64,000 nt of DNA, taken from contig OX597826.1 of the NCBI GenBank assembly GCA_951406725.2, positions 48,918,001-48,982,000 of the forward strand, written 5' to 3'. The position numbers were made by a program, and so were the translations under genes. This DNA is from Octopus vulgaris (lineage: Eukaryota). The notes under the pieces are model-generated. The model saw nothing but the letters and a program-made list of their open reading frames with translations, was not told where the DNA came from and did no database searches. The stretch's first letter is position 1, and every line of letters begins with the position of its first letter. Positions 13,364 to 30,624 of the stretch are shown in pieces.

Positions 13364-15120
13364 AGTGATGATGATGATATGATGATGATGATGACATTGA
13401 TGATGATGATGATGACAATGATGGTAATGATGATGATGGTGATGATGATGATGATCTTCATTATCATCATCATCACCCCCCCTCTATTTCCCCCACCCCA
13501 TCTCACTAGGTCCATCCCATGACACACGATTCATCAAAATATGTATCATCTTCAGCTGTCTGAAACCACCACCACCACCGTCAACACTACCGTTTGTACA
13601 ACCACCACCACCATCGTCTCTATCATCGTACTACTACCAACACCATCCTCATCACCCCCCCCCCAAAAAAAAAAGCATCATCACCAACACACGTTTCTAT
13701 TATCTCCATCTTCTTAAAACCACCACCAACAACAATAACACCAGCAACGTTGAAATAGCCACCATCATCATCATCAACATCATTGCCAAGACTATTACAT
13801 TGCCATCACTACCATCGTCATCACTAGCACTGCTGTTGTTGACCATCAACAACACCACCATCACCCCCTCTCTTCCACCATTACCACCATCCTACCATCA
13901 GAAACAAATAAAAGATAAAAAGACAATAAGAATGACATTAACAACGATAATAATAATAACAATGCTTTCGTCATTGTCGTCGTCGTCGTCATCATCGTTG
14001 TTGTTGCATCATCATCATCATCATCATCATTGTCATCATCATCATCATCGTCGTCGTCGTCATCATCATCATCATCGTCGTCGTCGTCGTCGTCATCATC
14101 GTCATCATCAACATCATCATCATCACCGTCGTCGTTGTCATCATCATCATCATCATCATTATCATCATCATTGTCGTCGTCTCATCATTATCATCATCAT
14201 GGTCGTCGTCTCATCATCATCATCATGGTCGTCGTCTCATTCATCATCATCATCATCGTCATCGTCATCATCATCATCATCATTGTTGTCATCGTCATCA
14301 TCATCATCGTCGTCGTCGTCGTCATCATCATCATCATTGTCGTCATTATCATCATTGAAATTATCATTACTGTCGTTGTTGTTGTCATTATTGTCATCGC
14401 CATGGCAGAATCGTTAGCACGCTGGGCAAAATGCTTAGCAGTATTTCATCCATCTTGAAGATATTCTGAGTTCAAATTTCGGGGTTGATAAATTAAGTAC
14501 CAGTTGCATACTGGGGTCGATCTAATCAACTAGTTCTCTAACCCCAAATTTCAGGCATTGTGCCTTTAGTAGAAAGTATTATTGTCATCACCATCAGCAT
14601 CATCATTGTTGCCGTCATCATCATCACAATATCGTTATTCTCATTGTCATCTTTATCATCATCATCACCTTTACCATCATCATCATCATCATCATAATTG
14701 TTGTCATTGCCACTGACATCAATGTCATTGTCGTTGTCATCATCATCATTATTTCTGTTGACCTCATCACTATTGGCCTTCTCTTCTTCACGATCACCAT
14801 CATCATTAGCATCATCATCATCCTCCTCCTCATCATCATCATCATCATCAACACTATCATCATCATCATCTTTATCATCATCATCATCATCACCAATACT
14901 ATCATCATCATCATTGTCTTCATTGGCATTATCATCTTTGTCAGCATTATCTTTGACATCACCTTTGCATCATCATCGTCATCATCATCATCATAAACAT
15001 CAACACCTATTACAACACAACCATCACCACCACCACCACCATCACCTTCACTACTACCGCTACCACCATACCATACCACCATCATCACCACTACCATCAC
15101 CAACAACAACAACAACAGCA
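12650..15120. repeat. large degenerate (GAT)n then (CAT)n/(CGT)n trinucleotide region
   Basis: direct reading; strand polarity flips near 13455. Confidence 0.9.
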
Positions 15121-16265
15121 CTATTGTGATGTGATATCTTGTGAACAATTAAAAAAAGATTATGTTTATTGTTACTAAAAAACATTGAACTGGGAATGTG
15201 TGAGTCACACACATACACACACGTACACACACATACTTAAACACACATACATACACGCGCACACACACACACACACACTATATATACACAGAGGTTCGTA
15301 CACATAATGAAACATATACACACATACACACGGAGGCACTTACAAATATGCATACATAAATATCTTAAGCATACATGTGCACACTCAGTCACATACATAC
15401 ATACACACATATAAACACATACACATCCACACACATGCACACATGCATATACATGCACATACACATACATACACACATACATATACATACACATACATAC
15501 ACATACACATAGATACATATCCACACATACACATACATACATGCATACACACATACATACACATTCATACACATACATACATACATACATACATACATAC
15601 ATACATACACATTCATACACATACATACATACACACATACATTCACACATGCATGCACACATACACACACACATACACATACACAAGTACATACACATAC
15701 ACACATGCACATACACACACATATACACATACACACACATACACACACATTCATACACACATGCACACATACATACACATACATACATACAAACATACAT
15801 ATATACACACATACATGCATACATACACACATACGTACACACATGTATGCACATGCACACACACACACACACATTCATTGGTGGTGGTACAACAAGGGTT
15901 GGTAACAGGAAAGGCATCCACCCAAAATAAACACCAATCAATACTTGCAAGCATGAAGAGATGAACAGTAAATGACCATGATGAAGATGATGATGATGAT
16001 GACAACGACAACGACGACGACGATGATGATGATGATGATGGATGATTCCTGTCACATGATCTCATATCATAATATGTCATAATTCTATTCTTGTAGTTAT
16101 AAATCACAGATAAATTACCTCAGTCACATGATGATATATCATGGCAGAATCATCATCACTCTGTTTTATGATTCAAATGTTTGACTTAAATCATAATATG
16201 TTATCTTATCATAATATGACATGTCATAACATGTTGTGTCCCAATATTTTTTTTTTTTGTCATGT

Positions 16266-16460
16266 AAGACAGCGAGCTGGGCAAAATGCTTAGCAGTATT
16301 TCGTCTGTCTTTATGTTCTGAGTTCAAATTCTGCCAAGATCAGCTTTGCTTTTCATCCTTTCGGGGTCGATAAATTAAGTACCAGTTGCATACTGGAGTC
16401 GATCTAATTGACTGACCCCTTCCCCAAAAATTCCGGGTCTTGTGCCTAGAGCAGAAAAGA
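16266..16460 (+). mobile_element. SINE family B, internally deleted
   Basis: GTTCTGAGTTCAAATT...CCTTTCGGGGTCGATAAATTAAGTACCAG. Confidence 0.8.
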
Positions 16461-16689
16461 ATATTTATTGTCATGTGACAACACATTGTAATGTCACTGT
16501 TCGACAATGTTTCAGATAATTGACCTCCGTCATAACATGTTATCTTATTATTATGACATGTCATGTCATAAGTGATCTCTTGACCTGCCAGAAATAGCAG
16601 CTAGATATCCTGCAAATCACAATCACCTCACTACCTGAAAAGTGGTAGGAGATATTAGTATTCCAAATAAGGAAATCCTTGATACATTA

Positions 16690-16900
16690 TATGTAACATA
16701 TCATAACATGTGACATGTCATAACATGCGACATATAATATCATGTCATAACAAGTGACATGTCATGATATGTTACATGTCGTAACATGTCAGATGTAATA
16801 ATATGTAACATATAACATGCCTTATGCTATAACATGTCATATGTAATAATACGTCATATGTCATAACGTATTACATGTCATAACATGTTATATGTCATAC
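16690..16900. repeat. degenerate CATAACATGT/GACATGTC pentamer-decamer minisatellite
   Basis: repeated ACATGT palindromic cores with 5/10-bp periodicity. Confidence 0.75.
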
Positions 16901-16923
16901 TCTGCTTTAATATTCAGATACTG

Positions 16924-17089
16924 TAGGTGCAAGCACAACTCTGGGGTTAAGAAATTTGATTCCTAATTGCATGGTTCTGGGTTTCAATGTCCCACTCTGT
17001 GACTCCTGGGTCACACAAAGCCTTGTTAGGGAATCGGTTGGCAGAGACAGAAAGAAATCTATTGCATTTATATACGTGTGTGTGAGTGT

Positions 17090-17134
<45 letters not shown>

Positions 17135-17375
17135 TGTGTGTGTGTGTGTATCTCCTTTTCTTGACAGTGCCACTGTGTCACTGTCATAGAAAGCAGTGTC
17201 ATTTGTAATTTGTCATCCGTTTCCAATATTTTGCAAGAACACATCTGGCCATGGGGAAATATTACTTTACTTATAAACAAATGAGGGTTGGCAACAGGAA
17301 GGGCATCCAGCCTTTGAAAAATATCTACCCCGGTAAACTCTGTCTAATCCATGCAAGCATGAAAATGTGAATGTT
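16924..17375 (+). mobile_element. SINE with family-A-like head and RTE-like tail
   Basis: decayed tRNA head, (TG)n, tail CAGGAAGGGCATCCAGCC...CCATGCAAGCATG; inverted relative at about 27170-27590. Confidence 0.65.
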
Positions 17376-17711
17376 AAATTGTGATGGTGGTGGTGGTGGT
17401 AGAGGTGGTGGTGGTGGTAGAGGTGGTGGTGGTGGTAGAGGTGGTTGTGATGGTGGTGGTAAAAATGATGATGATGGTGATGATGATAGACAGACCGCCA
17501 TCATAACATGTTATGGCATACTTCACTCCCAGATCACATGTTAGATAGTCATTGCTCTTCATCATAACATGTTATGTCTTAATATATTCTGCCACATCTT
17601 AAAAATCTTACTTCACTCTCAGTTAAACAACTCAGATAGCCATTGATGTCCATCATTACATGTCAATAATTATTCAACCAACAAAAAAAAATTAAATTCG
17701 GGATTTTATAT

Positions 17712-18125
17712 TTACTCTTTTACTCTTTTACTTGTTTCAGTCATTTGACTGCGGCCATGCTGGAGCACCACCTTTAGTCAAGCAAATCGACCCCGGGACT
17801 TATTCTTTGTAAGCCCAGTACTTATTCTATTGGTCTCTTTTGCCGAACCGCTAAGTGACGGGGACGTAAACACACCAGCATCGGTTGTCAAGCAATGCTA
17901 GGGGGACAAACACACACACATACACATATATACATATATATATACATATATATACATATATACGACAGGCTTCTTTCAGTTTCCGTCTACCAAATCCACT
18001 CACAAGGCATTGGTCGGCCCGGGGCTATAGCAGAAGACACTTGCCCAAGATGCCACGGAGTGGGACTGAACCCGGAACCATGTGGTTGGTTAGCAAGCTA
18101 CTTACCACACAGCCACTCCTGCGCC
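17712..18125 (-). mobile_element. full-length SINE family A
   Basis: near-identical to 49867-50281. Confidence 0.9.
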
Positions 18126-18391
18126 TATTTAAAAAACAATGATAAAAAAAACTAGATTGACTGATTTTAAGATGGAATGATAACAGCAATGCTGCACAAT
18201 GACCAAAAGAGCACCATTGCAAATATAACTGACCAAAATGGAGTTCCTTTGAGGGTCTCTGGAACAACAATAACAACAGTTTACTGGCATGGCCTAAATC
18301 CTGTTTTCAGAACAATGAACTACACTTTTATTCTTCCTTCATAGAGGAGCTGTCATTGCCACTACAAAAGCCTCTATATTTTTGCTTCAAG

Positions 18392-18552
18392 TTACGAGGG
18401 TTGCTGACTAGTTCCTGGCTTTAAGGGTATTGCAAAAGGCCTGGTAGGAGGTTCAACCTTCTGAGTTCTTTTACAGGGCTTAGAAAAACTGAAGGATTGC
18501 TGCAATAAGTATGTGAATCTGAGAGGGGAATATTTTGAATAAAATCATAATT
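18392..18552 (+). mobile_element. mariner-derived internal-deletion element
   Basis: TACGAGGGTTGCTGA..AGTTCC TIR-like start; encodes LQGLEKLKDCCNKYVNLRGEYFE*, resembling the mariner transposase C-terminus. Confidence 0.65.
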
Positions 18553-18559
18553 AAATAGG

Positions 18560-19230
<671 letters not shown>

Positions 19231-19616
19231 AATGGATTCTCCTGTATATTCTCTTACCCAAAGCCAAGACCTTTTCAGCATCCCTTTGTATGTATCACCT
19301 CTACTCAGACATTACTAACCTCTTTAACCCAATCCTTCTTCCCTGTGATGTTATCCCTCTGGAATTGCACCCTAGTGCAAATTTTTCTCCTCAAAGCATT
19401 GACTTACACACACTGAAGGTGGATGCCAACCAGAATGACCTCACTGGTCCTAGATAGGATTGCAAAGGTCATGGCTGGTGTGGACTTTACTGTAGTCTAA
19501 GGTGGGAAAGAATAGATGAGCTTCTTGAAATATTACGGCATAGATGGAGAGGAGGGGGACACACAGACAGGAACCTGTTCAGATGGACAGACGGACAAAG
19601 GGATGGGACGGATAGT

Positions 19617-19650
<34 letters not shown>

Positions 19651-21296
19651 AACGGTGGAGCAGTAGAGCGGCAGCAGTAGTATGGCGGTATTGTGTTGGC
19701 AAGACAGGTTAACAAAGGAACATAACAATAAGACTCACCCACATATGCATGCATGCATGCTTATGCACATGCATGCATACTTATGCACATGCATACACAC
19801 ACGTGTACACACATGCACATACACATACACTCACACACACATGCACATACATAAACATTCATGCACACACAGACACACATGCATGCATGCTCATGCACAC
19901 ACATTGCACACATGCACGTGCACTCATGTGCATATCCACACACATATATTTGTGCATGCACATGTATGCTCATGCATGCCCACTTGCACACACATGCACA
20001 TGCATACACACATGTATGCACATGTGCACATGCACACACATTCACACATATGCACATGCATACACACAGACATGTACACACACATGCATGCTCATGCACA
20101 CCCACTTGCACACACATTCACATGCATACACAAACATGTACACACATTCACATGCACATACACACACTCACACACATGCTCACACATTCGCACACACACA
20201 GAAACACACAGACACACAGACATGCACACACACAGACATGCACTCTCACACATACATGCACCCACACGCCTGCACATACGTGCACTCATTATTTAATTCA
20301 GAAAAACAAGCAGAGAGGTATAGGGACAAGGAAAGGACAATGGTAGGAGAGACAGACAGACAGACAGTGAAAGAGAGATAGACAGAGAAAGAGAGATAGA
20401 CAGAGAGAGGGACAGGCAGAAAGGCAGAGACAGAGAAACAAAGAGAGAGAGGAAGTGAGTGAAAGACAGATAGATAGACAAACAGTCAGAGAAAGAGCTA
20501 GAGAGAAAGAGCTAGAGAGAAAACAGAGCGAGTGACAGATAGACAGAGACAGACAAGGCAGAGAGAGGGGAAACAGAAAGAGACAGAAAGAGACAGAAAG
20601 TGACAGAGAGAGAGAGAGAGACAGAGAGAGACAGAGACAGACAGACAGACAGACAGATAGATAGATGGCTAGACAGACGGGCAGCAGATTGACAAAGAAA
20701 CAGAACAAAGCAGACTGGCTGCATGCCTGTGCGAATGGACAAGAATGGCCGACAGACAAACAGACTGACAGACAGACAAACAGGCAGGCAGGCAGGCAGA
20801 CGGACGGACAGACAGACGAGCAGAAGGACGGACGGACGGGCAGATGGATGGCCTACTGTCTCAGGAGGAACAAAAATAGGCAGAGAACTGGAAAAAAAAA
20901 GAGAGAGAGAGAGAGAGAAAGAAAGTATGGGAGAAGGGAGAAGAAAGAGAAGGGGGAGGAAGAATTAGAAGTTGAAGGAAATTAGCAGAGGGTGGGTGTT
21001 TGGCAGGATCAGTGACCAAGGTGTTGGTGGTGGTGGTGGTGGTGGTGGTGGTGGTGGTGGTGAGGTCGCTAAGAGATGGCTATGGTAGGAGGGTATGGTT
21101 GGGTAGGGGTGTGCTCATCTCTTAGAATCAGTTTTGTCTGCTGAAGAATGCCAATCTTGACAAACCTGATGAATCACAGAATTAGGCTGGTTCAACAATA
21201 ATAATGATACAGGATGACTTTTTCTTTGCACAAGGAATATGTTGATGCTGTTATGTACCACATACTGCAGGAATGGCAATTTTCTATGAACTTATA

Positions 21297-21458
21297 GACA
21301 CAAGCATGGCTGTGTGGTAGAGAGCTTCCTTGCCAACCATGTGGTTTGGTGTTCAGTTCCACTGCATGACACCTTGGGCAAGTGTCTGTTACTATAGCCT
21401 CAGACTGACCAAAGATTTGTGAGTTGATTTGGTAGACGGAAACTGAAAGAAGCCTGTC

Positions 21459-21517
<59 letters not shown>

Positions 21518-21772
21518 TGTGTGTCAGTGTGTGTGTGTGTGTGTGTCTGTATTTTGTTACCACAACCACTTCACAACCAGTGTTGTTATGTTGTTTACAT
21601 GCCCATAACTTAGCATTTCAACAAAAGTGACTGACAGAATGAGTACCAGGCTTAACAAAAAAAAAAAAATAATGAGTAAAGGGGTCGATTCATTCGGCTA
21701 AAAGTTCCTCAAGCAGGTGCCACAGCATGGCCATAGTCTAATGACTGAAAAAAGTAAAAAGAAAGAAGATAA
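21297..21772 (+). mobile_element. SINE family A
   Basis: head, (TG)n and tail homology. Confidence 0.8.
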
Positions 21773-22034
21773 AAGACATACTACCACCACCAACAGCAAC
21801 AACAACAAAAAAAAACCACTATCAACTACAACACAAACAATGACCACTACAACATATACTACTACATACATCATCAGCAGCCACCCTCACCAAATACGAT
21901 TACAACAACTACCGCAATCGCTAGCTGCTCCACTACTGCCAGTACTATTACAATCAACAATACCACCGACAACAGCAACACAACCAATACAATTACCAGT
22001 AGTTGTAGACAGACAGAAAAATTAATTGATAGAC

Positions 22035-22072
<38 letters not shown>

Positions 22073-22146
22073 TTGTATGTGTGTAAATAGATAGATAGAT
22101 AAATACATACATACATACATACATACATACATACATACATGCATAC

Positions 22147-22533
22147 TTACTCTTTTACTCTTTTACTTATTTCAGTCATACTGGAGCACTGCCTTTAGTC
22201 GAGCAAATCAACCCCAGGACTTATTCTATGTAAGCCTAGTACTTATTCTATCGGTCTCTTGTGCCGAACCGCTAAGTTACGGGGGACATAAACACACCAG
22301 CATCGGTTATTAAGCAATGTTGGAGGGACAAACATGGACACACAAACATATACACACACACATACATATATATATACATCTATACGACAGGCTTCTTTCA
22401 GTCTACCAAATCCACTCACAAGGCTTTGGACAGCCCGAGGCTATAGCAGAAGACATTTGCCCAAGGTGCCACGCAGTGGGACTGAAACTACTGAAACTAC
22501 AAGCTACTTACCACACAGCTACTGCTATGCCTA
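22147..22533 (-). mobile_element. SINE family A
   Basis: reverse-complement homology to 9578-10038. Confidence 0.85.
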
Positions 22534-22550
22534 TAAATACATACATACAA

Positions 22551-22583
<33 letters not shown>

Positions 22584-23012
22584 CATACGTACGTGCATAC
22601 ATAATACATATATACATAATACATACATACGTGCATACAAACATAATACATATATACATAATATATACATACATACGTACATACATACATACGTACATGC
22701 ATACATATAAAACCTCACAGTATTTCTAAACATGGCTGACATTGTAGCAATCAGAACCATCTCCTAAACAGCTAAAACTTCTAAATTACCTTTAATTCTT
22801 CTGTTTCTGTCTCAATATTTTTGTTGTTCTTATTATTAATGTTTATTTTCATGGCTAACTTTCGCTAGTTTGTTATTTTGGTAACAAAAGCTGATGCTAC
22901 ATCTGTCTATCAAACTTTGTCTCTCTTGCAAGTTCTGTTTTGGTGTTTTGTCTGCAATATTCAGTTTGTTTTTTAAGTGCAGTATTGCAAGCTTATTCGT
23001 TTTCTCTCAGGG

Positions 23013-23106
<94 letters not shown>

Positions 23107-23570
23107 CATCTATCTATCTATCTATCTATCTATCTCTATCTATCTATCTCGCTTTGTTCATAAAACACTAGAATACAGTATATGATGTTTACTGTAGAAG
23201 ACAGGCAAAGGCTGGCATGTGGCCGTGAAAAGTACCATGGCAAAGCTGGTGCTACATGTGTGCATGTGTGCATGTGTGCGTTTGTGTGTGTGTGTTTACT
23301 CACAGATACACATAGACACAAACACACATACACACAAATATATACACATATGTATATAATACATATACACACACACACATGCACACATATATACATACAT
23401 GTGTATGTGTGTGTGTGTATGTATGTATGTATGTATGTATGTATAGACAATTGTGCAAATAAACAAATAAAACTGCTTGGGTTTGATATACAAAATATAT
23501 ATTCATGTATACACATAAATAGAGAGGAGGCAAAGACTGAAAATTGACTCCATATATGTATGTATATATG

Positions 23571-23613
<43 letters not shown>

Positions 23614-23614
23614 G

Positions 23615-23650
<36 letters not shown>

Positions 23651-24307
23651 CACATATGATTAATCTTATCTTCCTTCCAGCCTGGTTATCGTTTGTTTAC
23701 ATATCAAGGTAGAAAAAGAACTCGTAACAAACGCAGGCTGTCAGGTAAAATGCTTAACAAAATGGCAATATTTAGTTTCATATCTCCACATTTTGTGTTC
23801 AAGTTCAACTCATGTTGGATTTATCTTACATTTAGTGAGCAAGAACTGTATGTGCATTTATGAATGACATAGTGCTAATGTACTGAGAGAAAAAAAACTG
23901 GTCATCAGAGGAATCAGCTGTATGCAAGAAAAATTTGATGCACATGATTACCCAATCATTTGATGTGATGATGGAGCTTGCAAAAAAAATGTGATGGAGG
24001 AGCTTAAAAAGAGATGCACTGATAATAGTGAAGGCTGACATAAGAAACTAGGGATAGGGTTGACTGGTCATACGTGGTTCTCAAGAAGGCTCACCAAGGC
24101 CAGAGGGTCTAAGTTCTAGAAGTGAGTAGGTTCCCTCTTCATAACACACCCACCATTCAGTATCTCTCTAACTGCATCTTCTCTTTGATGTCACAAATCT
24201 TTCTTGCCACACCCAGAACCATTTCTCTTGACAGCCACATTTTACCGCCTCGGGCCACTCAATGCCTCATGAATCAATTTGGTAAATAGGTACTAGGCTT
24301 ACAAAGA

Positions 24308-24541
24308 GGCAGTGAGCTGGCAGAAACGTTAGCAAGCTGGGCGAAATGCGTCGCCGTATTTCGTCTGCCGTTACGTTCTGAGTTCAAATTCCGCCGAGGT
24401 CGACTTTGCCTTTCATCCTTTCGGGGTCGATAACTTAAGTACCAGTTACGCACTGGGGTCGATGTAATCGACTTAATCCCTTTGTCTGTCCTTGTTTGTC
24501 CCCTCTGTGTTTAGCCCCTTGTGGGTAGTAAAGAAATAGGT
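24308..24541 (+). mobile_element. young SINE family B inserted in a family A tail
   Basis: CpG-rich copy; duplicated flank AAATAGGTAC(T/A)AGGCTTACAAAGA. Confidence 0.9.
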
Positions 24542-24657
24542 ACAAGGCTTACAAAGAATAAGTCCTGGGGTCGATTTGCTCAACTAAAGGTGGTGCTCCA
24601 GCATGGCCTCGGTCAAATGACTGAAACAAGTAAAAGAGTGTGTGTGTGTGTGTGTGT

Positions 24658-24720
<63 letters not shown>

Positions 24721-25019
24721 TGTGTGCATGTGTGTTTAGGGTGGCTATTTTCCTTACCATCAAAGTATATTATTTGATCGTACAGACAATGTTATTTCAT
24801 ACTTTGATGCCATACCAAATCTAACTCAATGGATATGAAACTTTATACATTCCACAATTAAACCTTCTTAATCGCTGTTAATACTTTTTATTTTTTTGCA
24901 TCCTTTTATTTCTTCTTTTAATAAAAAAAAAATGATCAAACAATCTGTCAGTCATTTAACATGACAAAACCATCTGTTTTTTTAAATAATTAAAAATAAT
25001 AATAATATTACTTCAATTG

Positions 25020-26560
<1,541 letters not shown>

Positions 26561-26802
26561 ATCATTCCTAACTTTTACATCTCCAGATGATTCAGTATGG
26601 TTAAGGAGTACTTCTGAATTGTCACTGGATGTGCTAGAAGTTACAGCCAAATCTCCCTAAAACACACACACCCTATTGTCTTAAATATGGGAGGAATATA
26701 CTAAATGGTGCTACACTACATATATTTTGAAATTATGGCATGGTCAGGGCTGGAATGCCTTCTGATCATAGATACATTCATTCAAAGCCGATGTGGAGTT
26801 AA

Positions 26803-27021
26803 CCCTTTCGTTACTAACCCGGCTGAAACTGGCTCTGGCTCTGAGTACGAATGTCTTGTTTTCATAAGTTTTGAATTAAAATCTTCCACCAAACCTTACT
26901 CACAATTTATCTTCTTAACACTAGCTTAATGACTACTAAGTTATTTTACTAAATTCTTTCTTATATTTAAAGTAATCGAAAGAAATACAGAGCATCTCAA
27001 AATAAATACATAACAAAAGGG
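26803..27021. mobile_element. piggyBac-type MITE
   Basis: TTAA TSDs at 26799-26802 and 27022-27025; TIRs CCCTTTCGTTA / TAACAAAAGGG. Confidence 0.8.
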
Positions 27022-27385
27022 TTAAACAACATCATCCTCAAGATCCCTTAACTGAGGTAGCCAGTCTAGATGCTTTTGCAGTTAGCCCTTGCCACTGGTC
27101 ACAGTTTTTACTGGAGGTAGGGTTATGGAGGGACATATGTATGATGGTTTTTAGCCACCCTCTTATATCTGACTGGTCAGACACCCTTCCTATTGTCAGC
27201 CCTCACCACTTTCCAAGCAAGGTAGTATTTCCTCATAAGTCAAACATATTTTTCACATAACACTGGAAGCAAACAACCTCACTTATATGACAGTGATGCT
27301 GATTTACAACCATCACATCATGTCTAGACAAGGGTACACAACACCCCCCCACACACGTACATACATACATACATACATACATACA

Positions 27386-27417
<32 letters not shown>

Positions 27418-27772
27418 GACATTCATACATATAGACATTCATACAATGGGATTCTTACAGTTTCCATTTACCAAATCTGCTCACAAGGCTTTTGTCAACC
27501 TGAAACTACAATAGAAGGCATTTGCCCAAGGTGCTGCACAGTGGGACTGATCCCAAGACCCCATAGTTGGGAAGCAAGCTCCTTAACCATATGAATTGGA
27601 TGTAGGATTTTCATGTAAGAGATTTTGGTTCAACTAGGGTCAAATGATGTTGGGTAAGAGGAGACAGAACTGACAAGCAGATTTCACCACCACTACTACC
27701 ATCCATCTTTCACCACCACTTTTACTGCTGCCACTGCTGCTACTGCTGCTACTGCTGCTGCTGCTGCTGCTG

Positions 27773-27849
<77 letters not shown>

Positions 27850-27943
27850 GAGAAAAAAGTAAAAGGTGTCTCTGCTGTGTCAAGGAGTCCAAGAAATGAT
27901 CCAAAAGGAACCAGGAACTTGATCCAAATACATGTTACATTCA

Positions 27944-28149
27944 TAAACCTTTAGCACTCGAATTCCTGTGTCAAATGCATTGCTTATTTATTCACGTTGT
28001 TTTGAATTAATCACACATCATCTTGTAGCTTTGAGATTTTTAGAATGACATTATAAGGCAAGTGTGAGAGGCTGGATATGGTCAGTTTTAATAGAAAACA
28101 GGTAGAATATTTGGGCTGGATATGGCCAGATTAAATACTGACAGGTTAA
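27944..28149. mobile_element. piggyBac-type MITE
   Basis: TAAACCTTTAGCA...ACAGGTTAA; inverted homologue at 29053-29248. Confidence 0.65.
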
Positions 28150-28159
28150 CTTTTTAGTA

Positions 28160-28365
28160 CAATGATTCCCAACATGGGGCATATGCTCCACCAGTGGGGT
28201 GTGGTGTCCAAATTTTTTTTTTTAATGTTTCAGTGGGACATGGAATTGTGAAAAATCTTTTTTTCATGCCAAACATACAACACTTATATGTTTTTCAATA
28301 ATGGGGTATACATTTTTCTCGAAAGTTAGAGCGGGGCTTTGAGGAAAATAGGTTGGGAAAGACTG
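28160..28365. mobile_element. hAT-type MITE
   Basis: TIRs CAATGATTCCCAAC / GTTGGGAAAGACTG. Confidence 0.65.
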
Positions 28366-28380
28366 ATTTGGCATTTAAAC

Positions 28381-29052
28381 TAGTAGTTTCAACCAGGGCC
28401 CTTATATGGCCCCTAAGGCCCATATAAGATTTTGGGGAGACCACTAAACAAAATAGTAAATTGGGGATCTACAATAGTATTTTAAGGGCCCCTGAAAAAA
28501 TTTTGCTTTTGGTGTATGTATTGGTATGTATTGCAGGAAATAGCTAGGTTTCTTTCTCTAACATTTTACATAGTTCATCCTACACAAGTGAATGTGTGAT
28601 AAACAAAATAGGAATTTTTGAAAGGAGCTTCTATTAAACTAGTTGTTAAACATTGAATAGTTATGGGGATGCCCCAAAATAGAATAGTAATCTATAGATA
28701 AAATGTGTTTGTGAATCCCTGCTTTAGCTGTATGCATTGGTATGTATTGCAAGAAAACAGCTAGGTTTCTCTCTCTAACATTTTACATAGTTCAGCCTAC
28801 ACAGGTTAATGTATGGAAAAGAAAATAGGAAATTTGAAAGAAGTTCATGAACCCCTCTTTTATATGTCTGTATTGCAAGAAACACTTTGGCTTCTTTCTT
28901 TAAGGTTTTATAGTTCAGCCTACCCAAGTTAATATGTGAAAAGCAACATAAGAATTTTTAAAGAAGCTTCAATAAAACATCAAATAGGGATCCACCAGAA
29001 TGAAATAGTAATCAAAGCAGTTCATAGAGAAAAAACTTGTCGAGAGCCACTG
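28381..29052. mobile_element. hAT-type MITE (with partial internal duplication or nested copy)
   Basis: 8-bp TSD ATTTAAAC at 28373-28380 and 29053-29060; homologue at about 39625-40668. Confidence 0.7.
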
Positions 29053-30624
29053 ATTTAAACCAACCATACGAGGCACAAGTATTCTACCTGTTTTATGGCT
29101 TCTCACGCCTACCCTACAATGCCATTCTAAAGATAAGGAATCACACCATCAAAATCTCAAAGCTACGAGATAAAGCCTGATTAATTCAAAGCAATGTGAA
29201 TAAATAAGCATTTAATTTGACAAAGTTAACTGAATACGAAAAGGTTAATGTTCCCCTTGGGTGAGATGAGGATGTTAAACCAGGTGATGTATTGTACCTG
29301 ACACCTTAAAAAAATGGAGTGGCTCTAGGGCCATTGTAACAGAATTATTGGCCCCTTGGGAGATCTATACATTTGAGTCCTTACATACACAACCACAACA
29401 TGCATAGATTATCTTTGAGTTCTTTGGTTTCCTTGGGACCCTGAGCAATTTCCCAGCATCCCCATGCCTTCAGATACCACTGAGGAGCCCTTCTATTTCA
29501 AAGATAGCAGGATTTCATTAGGTACATTTTGCTTGTATAACAGGTAGGGTGGTCACGGCTTGATATCTATGACCATAGGTTTGTCCAGTCAGGGTTGACC
29601 TTGGGCTAAACAGCAACAGAACTGCAATAGTACCACTGACATTCCAGCCATGAACCTCAATGTCCCTATTAGTTCTACTTCTGGCATTATCACCATCTGT
29701 ACTACTGCCACAACTAGTATTTTCATTAGCATCAAATATAACCTCAGTTTTCACCACAACCACCTCCTACTACCACTTAAACTACTACTACAACTAACAC
29801 TTCAAACACCACCTTCATGACTACCATACCACCACCACTGACAACTATTAACACGACAACATGTACCACCACAACAACAACCACCAACACCATTATTATT
29901 TCAAACACCAACACCGCAACTACCACTACCACCAACACAGCCACTAGCACAACTACCAGTACTGCTACTATCCCTACCACTAACACAACCACTACCACCA
30001 ACATCACTGCAGCCAATACCAACATCAGAGTAAATTATTACATTTGCTACATCAAACAAAAATTAAATTTAATGATGGATAAGTATGAATTTTACGATCA
30101 TTGTTCATCATCATCATCATCACCACCATCATCATTGTCATCACGATCAACATCACCACTATTCTCATCCTTTGCATCATTATCCTTGTTGTTGTATTTG
30201 TCGACATCATCATCATCAACATCACCGCCATCATCCTCCTCCTCATCATCAACATCATCATCATCACCACCATTGTCAGAATATCATCGCCATCATCATT
30301 ATGGCCTCCTCAACAACTACCATCATCTTCAACGTCAGATCAACCATCACCACCAATACCACCACTACCACCACCGCCACTACCATCCTCTCCCTTACCA
30401 ATTCTGTCATCAATTTAAAACACTTCAAAGTTTATATATGTTAAATAAATCTTCAACTTTTCAAAAGACACCAAACAAAATTCATTATAGAATGTCTCTT
30501 TCAGCAGCTTTGTTTTGTGCACTTATATAGATAGATATATATGTATATATATAGTTATATATGAATGTATGCATGTATGTGTGTATATGTGTGTGTATGT
30601 GTGTGTAAGTATATATGTATATAT

